Shown here: piece by piece, positions 50,702 through 62,715 of the stretch
Position numbering within the stretch: position 1 is the first letter of the stretch
How the letters are laid out: every line of letters begins with the position of its first letter
Assembly: GCA_051294905.1 (NCBI GenBank)
Contig: CM119372.1
Span: 14,944,001 to 15,008,000, forward strand
DNA length: 64,000 nt
Reading direction: 5' to 3'
Origin: Botryllus schlosseri
Lineage: Eukaryota
Notes under the pieces: generated by a model
Told to the model about the DNA's origin: nothing
The model's input: only the letters and a program-made list of their open reading frames with translations
Databases searched by the model: none
Position numbers and translations under genes: made by a program

Positions 50702-52392
50702 CAGGGTTGTAATGACTTGAGTCACGATATTTTGGTTACTCGACTTGACTCGAGTCATTTTTCAAATGCCTAAAATGACTCGACTCGAGCCAATTTTTGT
50801 ATTGACTCGACTTGTACTTGAGTCATTGTGCATGACCCAAACAAAGTCATGTGACTCGAGACCAGAGGTGGTCAGTAACGAAGTACTTCTACTTTTTGGA
50901 AGTACTCAAGTAGTTTTCCTCTACTTCTGATACTTACTCAAGTAAATCTGATTTTCTCTACATTTACTTCGTAATATTTTGTAATCTACTTACTTTTCGC
51001 TATTTTCATTTTGTTAAGTAGAAGTAGTTTAATCTCCCAATAAGAAAGATATCCTGAGGAATTTCGGGACTGTTTTCTCGGAGTACCAACACTTAATATT
51101 CATAAGAGTCCAGTAAAGCCCAAAAATTTTGATGTGCTTCACGCACAGTAGTTATGGAGTGGTAAATATGTTCTCTCGAAAGTATCAGTGAATCTAATTT
51201 ATGTACCAGATTGCTTGGTTCCACTCACACCGCATTGTCACCAATAGCACACCATAACATTTGGAACTATTTTTTCGCAATCTAGCAATTACCTATCATA
51301 TCGTAATCTAGCAGCCCATGACATGTCCTGCTAATCCAGAAAATCCGGCTTTTTTGAACGGTACACCTGTTTTAGCAGATCATATTTGAAGCTTTACGGA
51401 CAAAAGACATGAAGGGGTATTTGTATTTCACTTTCAATTCCGAGTATCATACTTTGAGTTCTAATTACTTTCAGTTCTTCTGTCTGTAGAACATACATGT
51501 TGAAGCATAAAAGCAAGCGTAGTAATGCCTCTATTTTCCGAAAATAAATCTACACTAAATGTAACTTTTACGATCCTCAATATTTGTTATTAACGTATAC
51601 TAATCGCCCAAAGTGATGGAACCGTATACGATACAACTTCTACGTATTGCTCTTCACCTGAACTTGGGGCCTTATAATATGGGGTAGGGCACCATGCCAT
51701 GATATTCTCTAAGACGGGGTCTTCTAGTAAACAAAGGGTTAGTATCGCATTTTCATATCAATACTATAATTTGCATCCCATGATGCGAAAGAATGCTTAT
51801 TCTGTCGAAAATTGATACCTCCTGGGATGCATCGATACGAATCAAGCTCTCTGCACCTTCGGCATATCTCAATTTGCATGCGAACGAATTAAGACTGTTT
51901 TCAAAACTACTTACTTACTTGAGTATATTTAAAGCCAGTCAATTCTACTTCTACTCGTACTTAAGCAGATTTTTTGTCGCTACTTCTACTTGAGTAGCTT
52001 TCCAGACTACTTTGACCACTTCTGCTCGAGACTAGGAAGGCCAAGACAGACATTTCATTGTAACTTGGAAAAATAGTAGATCACCACATTATTGGTATTT
52101 CGTCTATCAGTCCTGATACTTGGGAAATAGGGCCACAAACTGTTAGGACTGAGGAAAATTACATTATGAATGCAAGCCACTCTGTATCACTCGAGCAGAG
52201 TGGAAAAAAAGTGGGTTGAGCCGTATTGAACTCAAACTAAAGAGTGAACACAATGACTTGGACTCGGGTTGGAATCACAATAATTTGACACGGACTCGAC
52301 TCGACTCTCTACTCACTGACTTGGACTTGGTGGTGAATTGGAAACGACTCGAGTTAAAAGTGAGATTGACTTGTGACTTGGTTACAACCATG
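50702..52392 (-). mobile_element. GACTCGAGTC-rich MITE split by a nested insertion
   Basis: 50702-50862 plus 52025-52392 together reproduce the 48538-49071 element. Confidence 0.85.
50863..52024. mobile_element. hAT-type non-autonomous element (TACTT/AAGTA-rich family)
   Basis: TIR CAGAGGTGGTCA / TGACCACTTCTG; exact 8-bp TSD CTCGAGAC. Decayed relatives at about 10720-11245, 15200-15335, 18555-19010, 19540-20030 and 43100-43300. Confidence 0.88.
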
Positions 52393-53147
52393 ATCTAGGT
52401 TATTCCTCCCCTGTGTCGCTGGTCTTACGGCCCACTCACAGAAAATTCCAGAGAAAGACCCATTGAAGGACGGATGAAAAGAGAGTGGAAGCCTCAAAGA
52501 GACAGCCTAGATCAGTGGTTCCCAACCTTTTTTGACTCATCGCCCCCTTTTCAAGCTCAACGCCGTTCATCGCCCCCCAGATTTTGTGAACCGAAAAATC
52601 GGTATACAATCTGTAATCATCGGCGGGTTGCCTAAAAAAAAACTTTTGGAACTAAATTTCTGTGGGTTGACTAAAATAAGGTCAATTCTCCGACTTGACT
52701 CCAATTTAGCCGTTTCAACGCGTCATCGCCCCTACCGCCCCCTTAGCTATTTTCGTCCCCTGTCGCCCCCTTTGTCCATTTTCGCCCCCCTATTGCCCCC
52801 TTTGTCATTTTCGCCCCCCTAGGCCGGTAGGTGGTACGTTCGATTCCCGGCCAGGTCAGACCAAAGGCCTGATTAGTAACACTGGTATCCATTACTTCCC
52901 CGCTTGGTGCTCATGCATTAATGGGATAGCATGGAAGGGTGGTGCAAGACTTGGAAAGCAGTGCAAGGCTATATCTGCACCTTCCTTGTCCAGCGGCATA
53001 TGCACATCATGCACTCATGGTATGCATATGCGCACAGATTGTGAATATGTATAATATCACGAGTCTGTGTATTTGAAGAGCTTCTTGGAGGTACAGAACT
53101 TCAATATACAATTGAATAGTATGTATATTCATTATTCATATTGATAT

Positions 53148-54338
53148 CAGGGCTTTGGAGCAGCCGTAAATTTAAACTGCTCCAGCTCCGGAGCTCTCTT
53201 TTATCATACATTAGCTCCGGCTCCAGCTCCAGAGCCGCATTATAACCACTGCTCCGGCTCCAGCTCCGGCTCTGAAATTATCGAATGGCCCTGTCTATAT
53301 CAGGGGTAGCCCGCAAATGTGGCCCGCGAGAGGGTTTTGCGTGGCCCGCGAGGTAATGTCCTATTATATTATGGAAAATGAATTGCTCAGATTGTGAACT
53401 TGCAATGCCAACCAAAAATTACAATTCTATGGCTGCGACACTTGGGATGTTGATGACTAAAATATCAGTTCCGACGCATTGGCAGATCCAGGGTCCAGTC
53501 ACATTTTCAGTAAATCGTCGTACATTACAATAAACTAAAATAGAGGCGAAATTTTTCTTCACGCTTCGCGTGTTTAATTGTCACACGATTTGTTGCTTGG
53601 TAGCCTACCCCCTACTGAAAATGAAAAAACGCCTAATTTGCCCGATTGAGTCTTTTCGCGTTTGAGCTCGCATAAAAATCGTCGACGGTGAAATGTAGGC
53701 ACAAAATGAGTGTCGCATATTATCGAAGACCTTCAATATCGATGTGTCCAAACGCCGAATAGTCGTGTCCTTGCAAACTGAGCCTAGCGGGTGGTATGCA
53801 ATAGACCCGCAATACTCACCTAGTTTATTTATAAACTTCGAAAATTTTACCCGCTTGGCGTGGCTAGTGAACCGCGCACTCGTTCGTCAATTGCATGTGC
53901 CCCTTTAGCAGGAAAGGTTGGCCATTCCTGGTCAATATAGATTACTAATCTACTAATAGGTTAGTTATCTATAGTAATCTAGAGTCCATCCATCGTCAGT
54001 AACATCCGATGTAGCAACAAATACATATAGGTGCCGCCGTGCCGGCTTGTGACTTCATACTGAATACTTGTCAATTGTCGACAACATAATAGTTGCACTA
54101 GAACGCAATTTACTCCGTGCCATTGCTGTGCAAGTGTGCATAGCATTAAAATTCAGGCCTGGTGTTCAATTATGATAAATCAGCAGATGTGGTTGTTGCA
54201 TATATAATAGCATTTTATGAAATATGTCGGAGCTACTCCTCAAATAACGGGCTCCAGCTCCGGCTAAATTTTATGTAGAGCTCCGGCTCCAGCTCCGGTG
54301 AAAATGCATGGCTCCGGGGCTCCGGCTCCAAAGCCCTG
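53148..54338. mobile_element. hAT-type MITE with GCTCCGGCTCCA repeats, containing a nested MITE at 53301-53930
   Basis: TIR CAGGGCTTTGGAGC / GCTCCAAAGCCCTG; flanks ATTGATAT/ATTGAAAT; inner flanks GTCTATAT/GTCAATAT. Confidence 0.88.
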
Positions 54339-54348
54339 ATTGAAATGA

Positions 54349-54392
54349 ACCCAAATATTTTCGGCTAACACTCTTCAGGGGTAATCGTCAGC
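54349..54392 (-). ncRNA. Minimal type I hammerhead ribozyme
   Basis: - strand: GCUGACG..ACCC-CUGAAGA-G-UGUUAGC-C-GAAA-AUAU-UU-GGGU. Stem I is ACCC/GGGU, stem III is palindromic, and loop II is complementary to the upstream GCUGACG. Confidence 0.8.
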
Positions 54393-54690
54393 AACTAGTA
54401 GAGAATTGGAAAGAAGATTGTATATCAACAATCGTATCACAAAATATGACGTCACCAGCATGAAATTTCGTGAATGAGAGAGCGTTCAATGTACTATTTT
54501 TAGGTGGTACACGAACTCCTTTTGTTGACAGAGTTTAGTTTTGGTTGGTGTATTTTGATAAAAGTCAACTCTAAGGCACACAAATGGAATTGTGAACGGC
54601 CTCGCCCAACGATTCGAAATCGGTCGTCTCGAGTCTGTGTATATGCTGCAAAAACATCAAATAGCTGGTTCGTGGTACAGAACTTGAATA
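54349..54690 (-). mobile_element. Older Penelope-like 3' fragment (GIY-YIG C-terminus relic plus terminal repeat)
   Basis: DDRFRIVGRGRSQFHLCALELTFIKIHQPKLN parallels DDNMFTVIARGRSVFHLKVLESTIIQLSKPIL of the adjacent element; ends in a hammerhead motif. Confidence 0.75.
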
Positions 54691-54731
54691 TAGCTTTCAA
54701 TACAACATCCATTGTAGCAGTATATTTATTA

Positions 54732-54776
54732 AACTCGAAGACTTTTCGGGTGCCTCTTTTCAAGAGTTATCGGCAC
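54732..54776 (-). ncRNA. Variant-core (U3-A8) minimal hammerhead ribozyme, copy 1
   Basis: Reverse complement of 55891-55935. Confidence 0.7.
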
Positions 54777-54968
54777 ACTAAAGGGATTTAAACAGATTTA
54801 AAAGCAAAACCAAAAAGGCAAAGTATGACGCAACAATCAAAATCACAGACCATGAAATTCGCATTGTATCAATGGCAACAATAACAAACTACGAAGTATA
54901 CGGACATACGGTACTATAGTAGCAGCACAATTTGTAAATAAACAGTTACACGCACGGAACAACACGCA

Positions 54969-55574
54969 CTAATGAGAAATTTGTAGGTTATAGAGGAAAT
55001 CTTTCTGTCTGCATAAAATAGGTTTGCTTAACTGAATAATAGTAGACTCCAACACTTTTAAATGAAACACAGACCTACCACGCGCAATGACAGTGAACAT
55101 ATTGTCATCATAGTGCTGTGCACAGGCAAGGTTTTCGCTCAGATGCTGACCGATTGACAAAGCATATGCTTGGTAATCATCATAGCAGTCTGTTTTTGCA
55201 GCAAATTTGCACTGACGTGCGAGCTCCGTGCGATCATTTGCGCATGTTTTTGACCGAGTCAATTTTGGGATATGCTGCTTGACACGCTCAAACAATCTTT
55301 GAGAAGTACGTCCTACATACCTACTATCACAGTGGCACTTGTATTGGTAAACAACATTACTTGCATCAAAGGCAGGAAGTACATCTTTTCGAGAGTTGGG
55401 TAACAAGGGTTTCGTCGTGTACACTACATGCGTGTTAACGCTGTAGTAGCAACGGTGAACAGCCGATTTAATAAGCTTTTCAAATCGGCTAGACACGTTA
55501 CCTAGCCAAGGTAGGTGTAAAAATGCCGGGCATTTTTCTGGGCCATATTTTGGAGCTGTATCCGATTTTTTCAA
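54969..55574 (-). pseudogene. GIY-YIG endonuclease domain of the Penelope-like element (RT portion missing)
   Basis: LPWLG...NVVYQYKCHCDSRYVGRTSQRLFERVKQH...SIGQHL...LESTIIQLSKPILCRQK. Confidence 0.9.
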
Positions 55575-55890
55575 TACCCTAGAGATGGAGCATTTTAATA
55601 TGTGGTCCGGATAGCCATTTTTTTTTCTCTACGCCCAACGGGATCACAACGGCCGCAGACAGAAAGATTCCCTTTATAACCTACAAATTTCTCATTAGTG
55701 CGTGTTGTTCCGTGCGTGTAACTGTTTATTTACAAATTGTGCTGCTACTATAGTACCGTATGTCCGTATACTTCGTAGTTTGTTATTGTTGCCATTGATA
55801 CAATGCGAATTTCATGGTCTGTGATTTTGATTGTTGCGTCATACTTTGCCTTTTTGGTTTTGCTTTTAAATCTGTTTAAATCCCTTTAGT

Positions 55891-55935
55891 GTGCCGATAA
55901 CTCTTGAAAAGAGGCACCCGAAAAGTCTTCGAGTT
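55891..55935 (+). ncRNA. Variant-core (U3-A8) minimal hammerhead ribozyme, copy 2
   Basis: GUGCC-GAU-AACUC-UUGAAAA-G-AGGCACC-C-GAAA-AGUCU-UC-GAGUU. Stem I is AACUC/GAGUU, and loop II GGCAC pairs with the upstream GUGCC. Confidence 0.7.
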
Positions 55936-56249
55936 TAATAAATATACTGCTACAATGGATGTTGTATTGAAAGCTAAAAACATCAAGGACAAAAATAAAC
56001 TACGTCCTTTCCTTTCAATTCAAAAACAATCTTAACTTATTCAGACTCCAGATATGTAAACCCAGACCTGAGCTGTCGCCAAATGAATGAAGCAATTTCT
56101 AGTAACAAGGAGTTGCTGCGGAGATTGTTTCTGGTAGAATGTATGTAATGTGACATGACGCGGCTCGTGTAAATACGAGTTACTGTATGTGAAGAAAAAA
56201 GTTAATTTTTTAGTTGTGTGGTTTTTGATTATGTTGCTGGAAAACCTGC

Positions 56250-59200
56250 CTATATTTCAACACCGCAGCCAAGAAGGATGTGGCATCCAAGAAGGATCAC
56301 CAAGAATAGAAGTGCTGCCACCTTCCTGTTATGAGAAATTTCTGTAATAGCATTGAGTTCATGCCATATTGGTTGGCAACAAAAGAAGCTTTCAAATTCA
56401 AATTGCAAACGGCCACATCACAGAATGGTATCATAACTCACCATTTAGAGCACAGTGCAGGGAATAGTCCCAATACACGCTCCATCCTTTGAGAGCAGAA
56501 ATCTTTCTTTTTTTGCAAGTTTTCAGGAATTGATGAAGTTCAGTCTTTTCAGAATCGGACAGAACATTCTGTGGGATCTCCACATCCACTTCTACTGCAG
56601 AAATAACACAGCAATAATATATCCATTACGGTATGCTGAACGCATTTTCTCTTAAGTCAGTGGTTCCTTTAGGACCATCACGGACCCCGCGAACCCCCTC
56701 AAGTTTTCCTTCAAAATTAGCTCAATTATCGTGCAACCGTCTTCTGTTTTATGCGAATATTAATTGTAGGCTAGTGATAAACAGCCACAAAATGACTTTT
56801 TTAGAAAATAACATCACACTATATGTAGAAATTGGGTAGACTTTTATTTCGAAGCAAATTTTGCAGCTGTATTTATTGTCTCGAAAACCCACGTCTTCAA
56901 TTTGATATGAACAAGTGCCGAAAATCCATTTCCACAAAGTTTTGGTGTGAGTCCAGCATCCAGCATCCCATCTTGAAGTTATTTAGTGGATAAAACAGGA
57001 CAAAATGGATTTCGTGGCGAGGTTTCAATTCCTTCGTTGGGACAGATTAGGAAAAACATTCAAGAACTTCTATTTCAAATGACCGTTTACTAATTTGCTG
57101 AGACTGACAACTCCAAATCCAAAATGTTTTGCAAACATTTCGAAGTCACCCTGTTCGACCTTGCTATCTCTAAAATTTCATTTTTCCACAAACCCCAACA
57201 AAACATCTCTAACAAGCAATATGTTTGCATCGGCAGGCTATTGGCAATTTGACAATTAAAATGATTTTGCAGTCGGATATTTCATCTCAGACGACTATTG
57301 AATGATATGAGCCCTAAAGTTTTAGCAATTAAGAAGCGAAACTGTCTCATGCGTTTTCTAATTTAAATGATTACAATTTAGGTTATGAATCCTTTTACAA
57401 ATTTAGAGGTTTCCCGGACCCCTTGAAAATGCTTTGCGGACCCGCAGTTGAGAACCACTGCTCTAAGTAGTCTATACCTGTCGCGGAGGGGTGGCTTACG
57501 CCAGTTGATAAAAGGTTTTAGAAATTGTGGATGCTCTATAAAATAGCAATCCAGCAAAAATAATGTTTCCCAGTATACACAAGATTCAATCGAATCTCTC
57601 AAAAGCTTTGCAGCCTTTTGCAATGCTACATTTTCAAGCAGTAAGCATTTTCATCATGATTCATAATATTATAACTAGAGTCATTGTGGCAATACATTAC
57701 CATCAGTCTTGTCAAAGTTCATTAAATGGTCAAATAAGTTCAAGACCAACGTGGATACTTACGCTCGGTAATCTCCGAAGTAAAGTGACTATCTTGAGCG
57801 GGTATCTATAATAGAAATTATACAAGCTCCAAAAATTGCTATCACCATTATGCATTCAATTAAGTGACACTTCGGGTGTATATCAATGTATACACGCAGC
57901 AACCTCAATGGAAGGCATTGATATGGTCAGAATCCGCATCAAACTACAATCCTATTAGGTCACCATTCCGGCAAGTTTTTGCAACTTTTTTCACAACTTC
58001 TGTCAGCTTCCTAAATACCCACAAGTTATGTAGTATGGTGTTCTCAGCGGTTTGGAAGAATCTTATATTGCAATTTTCCTCTATTTTTTTCATGCAACAT
58101 TTTGCAAGTTTTGTCGACATCTTATGCAACTAACTTTTTTCTGGAAATATTTGGCACTACATGTAAATAGATCGCATCATTATTTCACTGTCGTTCAAAT
58201 TTGAGGTGCTTCCTGATTTCACGTACATTCAGGCTAGACAGCCGAAAATTATATTTTCACTGGGCCAATTTTTTCAGGCTATTGATTTTGTTGAAGCCGC
58301 CAACATTGAGTTTTGCTACAGTGCCTTGGATACGGAAAATTTAAGTATCTCATACCCTAATAATTTCAAGGAGCTTGTCGATAAATGCAACTTTTTAGTG
58401 CAACATTTGTGAAAATTAAATGCAATTTTCCTCGGGTTCGACTGCAACAAAAACTTGCCTGACCATCATTCTTCTCAATTAAATGATAAGCAGAAAACCA
58501 TCTCACCAATATGCCAAATGCCTGCATCTGTTTCCATTTCATTTGGTCTTTGATAAATCTTTTTCTTTGACCTATAAAGGGAAATGGCTCATGCAAAAAC
58601 ATGTGTTGTTTTAAGACAGAAAACACGGATTATGCTGATAATAATTTGTTGGATTTAACTTTATCATTTATATTTATTATTATACTCCAGTATAGTTTGA
58701 TCCTGGTTTATATGCAAGTTTTTGGTCACTACCTACTACTAATTGGCTATTCTCTGATACTTAGCAATCGCCTTGCATCTATGAGTGTGTGTGAAAGATT
58801 TGCAGGAATTCCGGGCCATCATTTGAAAGAACAGCCAGTGCGATAATGTCGAATCCAATGAAGATCCACAACTAGTATGTCTTGCAACAAGTCGTTTCAT
58901 GACATACCAAGCATATTTTGCTTCTCTATGATTACATGTATTCCTGTTTCAATGGTAGCAGTCAATCGCTCTTCAAACCCTGGTTGTTCGAATACTTTGA
59001 GAGGTTCCACTGGAGAACAAGTGATTTCCCACTTTTCAGGATTACCTGGAGTAAGAACGACACTGTTAGATGTAACAATCACGTGAGTAGGGTGATTTTT
59101 TTGACAGGTCAAAATAACTCAAAATTGTTTACAAAGTCAAAAATTTTTTGCAACCTGCATTTCATTTGTATCATAGATGTTTGCACTGTCGGTGATCTTA

Positions 59201-62200
59201 TCACTTGACATTTTATAGCTTATAGCCTACTTTACAGGCCTATCGTTGTTAGCGGACCATTGTCTGCTCATCGTGAATTATAAACGGTCAAATGGAACAA
59301 ATAGGTTGACATAGTGTTATGCTCAACGTACTGCAATATCCAACTAAAGCAAGATTGCGTGGCCCTTATTTGTTATATCAAGAAGCGCATGACGAAAAAT
59401 TGTGATGTAGACACCATTGTCAGAATGAAGCAACATGGTGTGTCAGCAGCAGTGTACACACAACTCCAGTGTAGCCAGCAAACAACTGCCGGTGTTGTTA
59501 AACGTTCTTCCTCCATTCTTGGCAAGCTAATTAGTAAGGACGGACAAACACGTTCTACCGGAGAATGCAGGAAAGTATCTATTGTTGTACTACAGCAAAT
59601 TTTTATTATTTCCATCATAATGCGTGATGTAGAGAGAGAGAGGGAGAGAGAGAGAATTCTTCATAGGTCCAGATTTTGTTGAAATAAAGTCTTTTCAAGC
59701 TAAACTACTTCCTAAGGACAGACAGTTGCAACCAGAAATGAAGATAAGTAGTGCAATTCTAACATTATGTGTCAAAACACCTAATTTATATACACGAGGT
59801 AAAAATTTTGTCAAAATTAACAGACAAGATACGGGCATGAACAAATGCGACATTGATTGAATCTCGCTGCTCTTCAATCCTTATTTTAAACGTGCAAATT
59901 CATTAGTAAAGTGATGTTTTTACCTAAAAAATGGAAAATTTTGCAGTGAAATATTTTGCTCTCATGTATGTAAATTAGGCGTTTTCGCACATAATGTTAC
60001 AATTGTACAACTTTTCTTCATTTCTGGTTGGAACTGTCTGTCCTTACGAAGTAGTTTGACCTGAAAAAACTTGACTCAAAAATGACAAATTTTTACATGT
60101 GTGCAAAGGGATGTCTGATGCTAATAAGGCCTCAACCGACTTGCTCTTGAAGTCAGTCTTCGAACTTGGAATGAAGGATTGTATTGGTGTGCTTGCGTCG
60201 TTAGTAACCGCTACCAAGCACATTTGAGTGTGAGTATACTTTTTTGAGTGAGGTGAGTATTGAAATCAATGACAACAATTCTGAGTAAAGAATCGCTACT
60301 CGACAGCAGAGGAATTGGTATCTACCCTTAATTATAAACTCCAGACTCCAAGCCAAGCAGGGGTAATTTTTGAATATAAATTGATTTCTTAATATTATTG
60401 TGGGATTTATTCCGAAGTCAATGGGAGCCGCATGCAGCTCTCGGAGCCGTGATTGGGAATCACTGATCTACGATATCAACGAAACGCAGGTTGCAAAATT
60501 TTTTTTGTCTTTGCTAACCCTTTACCCGCGGGTGGATCCTATAGGATCCATGCACAGTTTTTCATAAACACGCTTCAATCAATTAACGACATCTTGCGTT
60601 GTAGTGGTCATAAACGGTTACAGTTATCGTCTATAAATAGCTATTTTCAATGCGCATACGAAGAGCTATATATAAATCATTGCCTCACCACATAATCTGT
60701 TCAAAATGCAGGTTGAATACAGAAAAAACGTTTCCCACAAAATACAATGTGTAGCTCAGTTCGCCTGAATGAATGCTAATCTTATAATCCCTTATATCTT
60801 CCGTTCTACACGTCGTAAGCAGACACAGTTGTCGTTTTAGAGTAGTTGTTGATCGCAAAAGTTCATTAAAACCATAATATCGGGAATTAGTTGGATAGAA
60901 CACGCTTCAAATTGGTGTGAAATAAAGCAATATTCAGTTACGAGAAAAATGCTGCGCACGTGTCAGCATTGCCGCATAAGGCCATATACATTCACTTACG
61001 ATTGCCTTATACAGTTGAATGTCACACACATAGTTAGATGCAGTCCATAACACTTCAACAAGATCAGTATCACGAAGGTTGGTCTTATATAAGTTACCCG
61101 ACGCCAGTGCTAAACACTACAGACATGGGTGTGTAAGTTACGGGAGTACGGTACTCGCGCCTGTAATAACAACATCGTACAGACAGTTGAATCATCCATT
61201 TTATAGGTTATACGAAATTACTGTAGACTTCAATGAATAGATGTTGATTATATGCCCATATACTGACGAACCTGTATCGGACATTCGATGTGTAGAACAC
61301 ATTTCAAATTGATAGGAAATGAAGCAACAAGAGAAATCGCGCGCCTATGAGAAATGTCAAACAAGGCAATATATTTACCTCCGATGGCCTTGTGCAGTTG
61401 CAAATTGCACATTTTGTTAATGTCTTGTTTGAATGCCGAAATTGATAAGTAAGAGTAAGACAACCACGTGGTCATTCACTATGGGAAGGATTATGTACCA
61501 CGTCACGTGAAAACGAAAAACAAATTTATCTTTCACTTTCGAGAAATCGCGTGGACTTGTTTGAAAATTTGACCTTGAGGCTGACCGCGGGAGTAGGGTT
61601 AATAATTTTGACAATTTTTTGACCGAATACTTGTAGTAGTTGACAAAATTTTGGCTTTTTTGCAATTCCCCCCAAAAAATCGCCATATTCATTACTCAGC
61701 TACCGCTACTCAAACAGAATGTTGCAAGGCAAAATGGTTCATGTAACAAAGAGGAGGAAATTATTCAATCACGCTATCTGGTACGGTATTACAAAAGCCT
61801 TTGGGTTTTGTGGGCGATTACTATGAAACCCATTCTGGCGAAGAGGGTAATTCATATGAAAAACACTGCATTGCATACTGAATAGTTAATACTCACTGGT
61901 ATCATTACTTTGTCCCCATGCTTTGCGAACAGAAGGGAAGTTTTTAGGCAAGATCCCTTTCAATATTCTTCTTTCCCATCTGTCCGATGGATCTGTATCT
62001 GAAATTTAAAAGAGGAATGTCCAAGGTCATTTACGGAGAGTTGTTGCACAAACATTTTACCATTCTTTTGCTTATAAGGTTTGGCCTTCCTTGTCTTTCT
62101 TTCTTTCCTTTCTCCCCTTTTTTCAATTTCTCTCAACGATTTCTGAATGGTTGTCTCTTTGCGAATAAGTCGGTCCTCCCGTCTCTTGCTCTGCATCTCT

Positions 62201-62715
62201 TGTTTCTTCAATTCGTTCTTCTTGCTAAGGTGTAATTTATTCAAATCACTGAATTCATCTTCAGTATCAAACTGCTTTCCGTGCAATTTTGCAATTTCGC
62301 CTTCAATTTTTGTGGCTTCTTTTTTTCCTTTCTTGTAATTTTCTTTTCTCTCCTTTTGCTTGGCTTTCTCCATCTGTCTCTCCTTCTTCATTTGCAGCTT
62401 GTCTTCTTTGCTTTGTGCTCGTAGAAATTCTTCCACTTTTTTGCGGTCCATTTTCCTCTTCTCCCTATCTATTTTTTCCATTGGCTTCCTCAGTAACATG
62501 GCTGTTTCTTCCTTATATTCTCGAGAATCTAAATCTGGCTTCATTTGTCGCAGCTTCAGTCTGTTCTTGTCACTCTCAACTTCCCTTAATGCCTTATCTG
62601 ATTTTTTACTAGTCTTATTCACAAACTTTGCTCCACCAAGAGTTACTGAACATCTAGGATTCGCTGATTCTGTTGTTGAGCTCTGAAAGACAGCTACATT
62701 AGTTTTATTCAAATG
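56250..62715 (-). CDS. Unrecognised multi-exon gene; Lys/Glu-rich coiled-coil-like N-terminal exon followed by a globular-looking Trp/Cys/aromatic-rich region; 5' end not located
   Basis: Phase-consistent - strand exons 62715-62061, 61998-61897, (60210-60097), 59045-58908, 58571-58507, 57805-57763, 57625-57478, 57237-(end unresolved), 56594-56442, and a terminal exon near 56340-56250. All have canonical AG/GT sites. The junction between 57237 and 56594 could not be resolved. Confidence 0.65.
59090..59760 (+). mobile_element. Decayed hAT fragment with dimerisation-domain relic; second copy at about 62790-63450
   Basis: The two regions are collinear; translations CSQQTTAGVVKRSSSILGKLISKD and CCQPTTAAVERSYSL resemble the hAT C-terminal TSAxVERSFS motif. 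Confidence 0.75.
60518..61598 (+). mobile_element. Non-autonomous piggyBac-like element, second copy
   Basis: CTAA-CCCTTTACCCGCGG ... CCGCGGGAGTAGGG-TTAA; the left 690 bp or so match 23013-23700. Confidence 0.85.

Larger units (their letters stand above)
54691..55976 (-). mobile_element. 5'-truncated Penelope-like retroelement with inverted pseudo-LTRs
   Basis: GIY-YIG ORF 54969-55574; 54691-55012 is the near-perfect reverse complement of 55655-55976 (322 bp); hammerhead motif in each arm. Confidence 0.92.
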
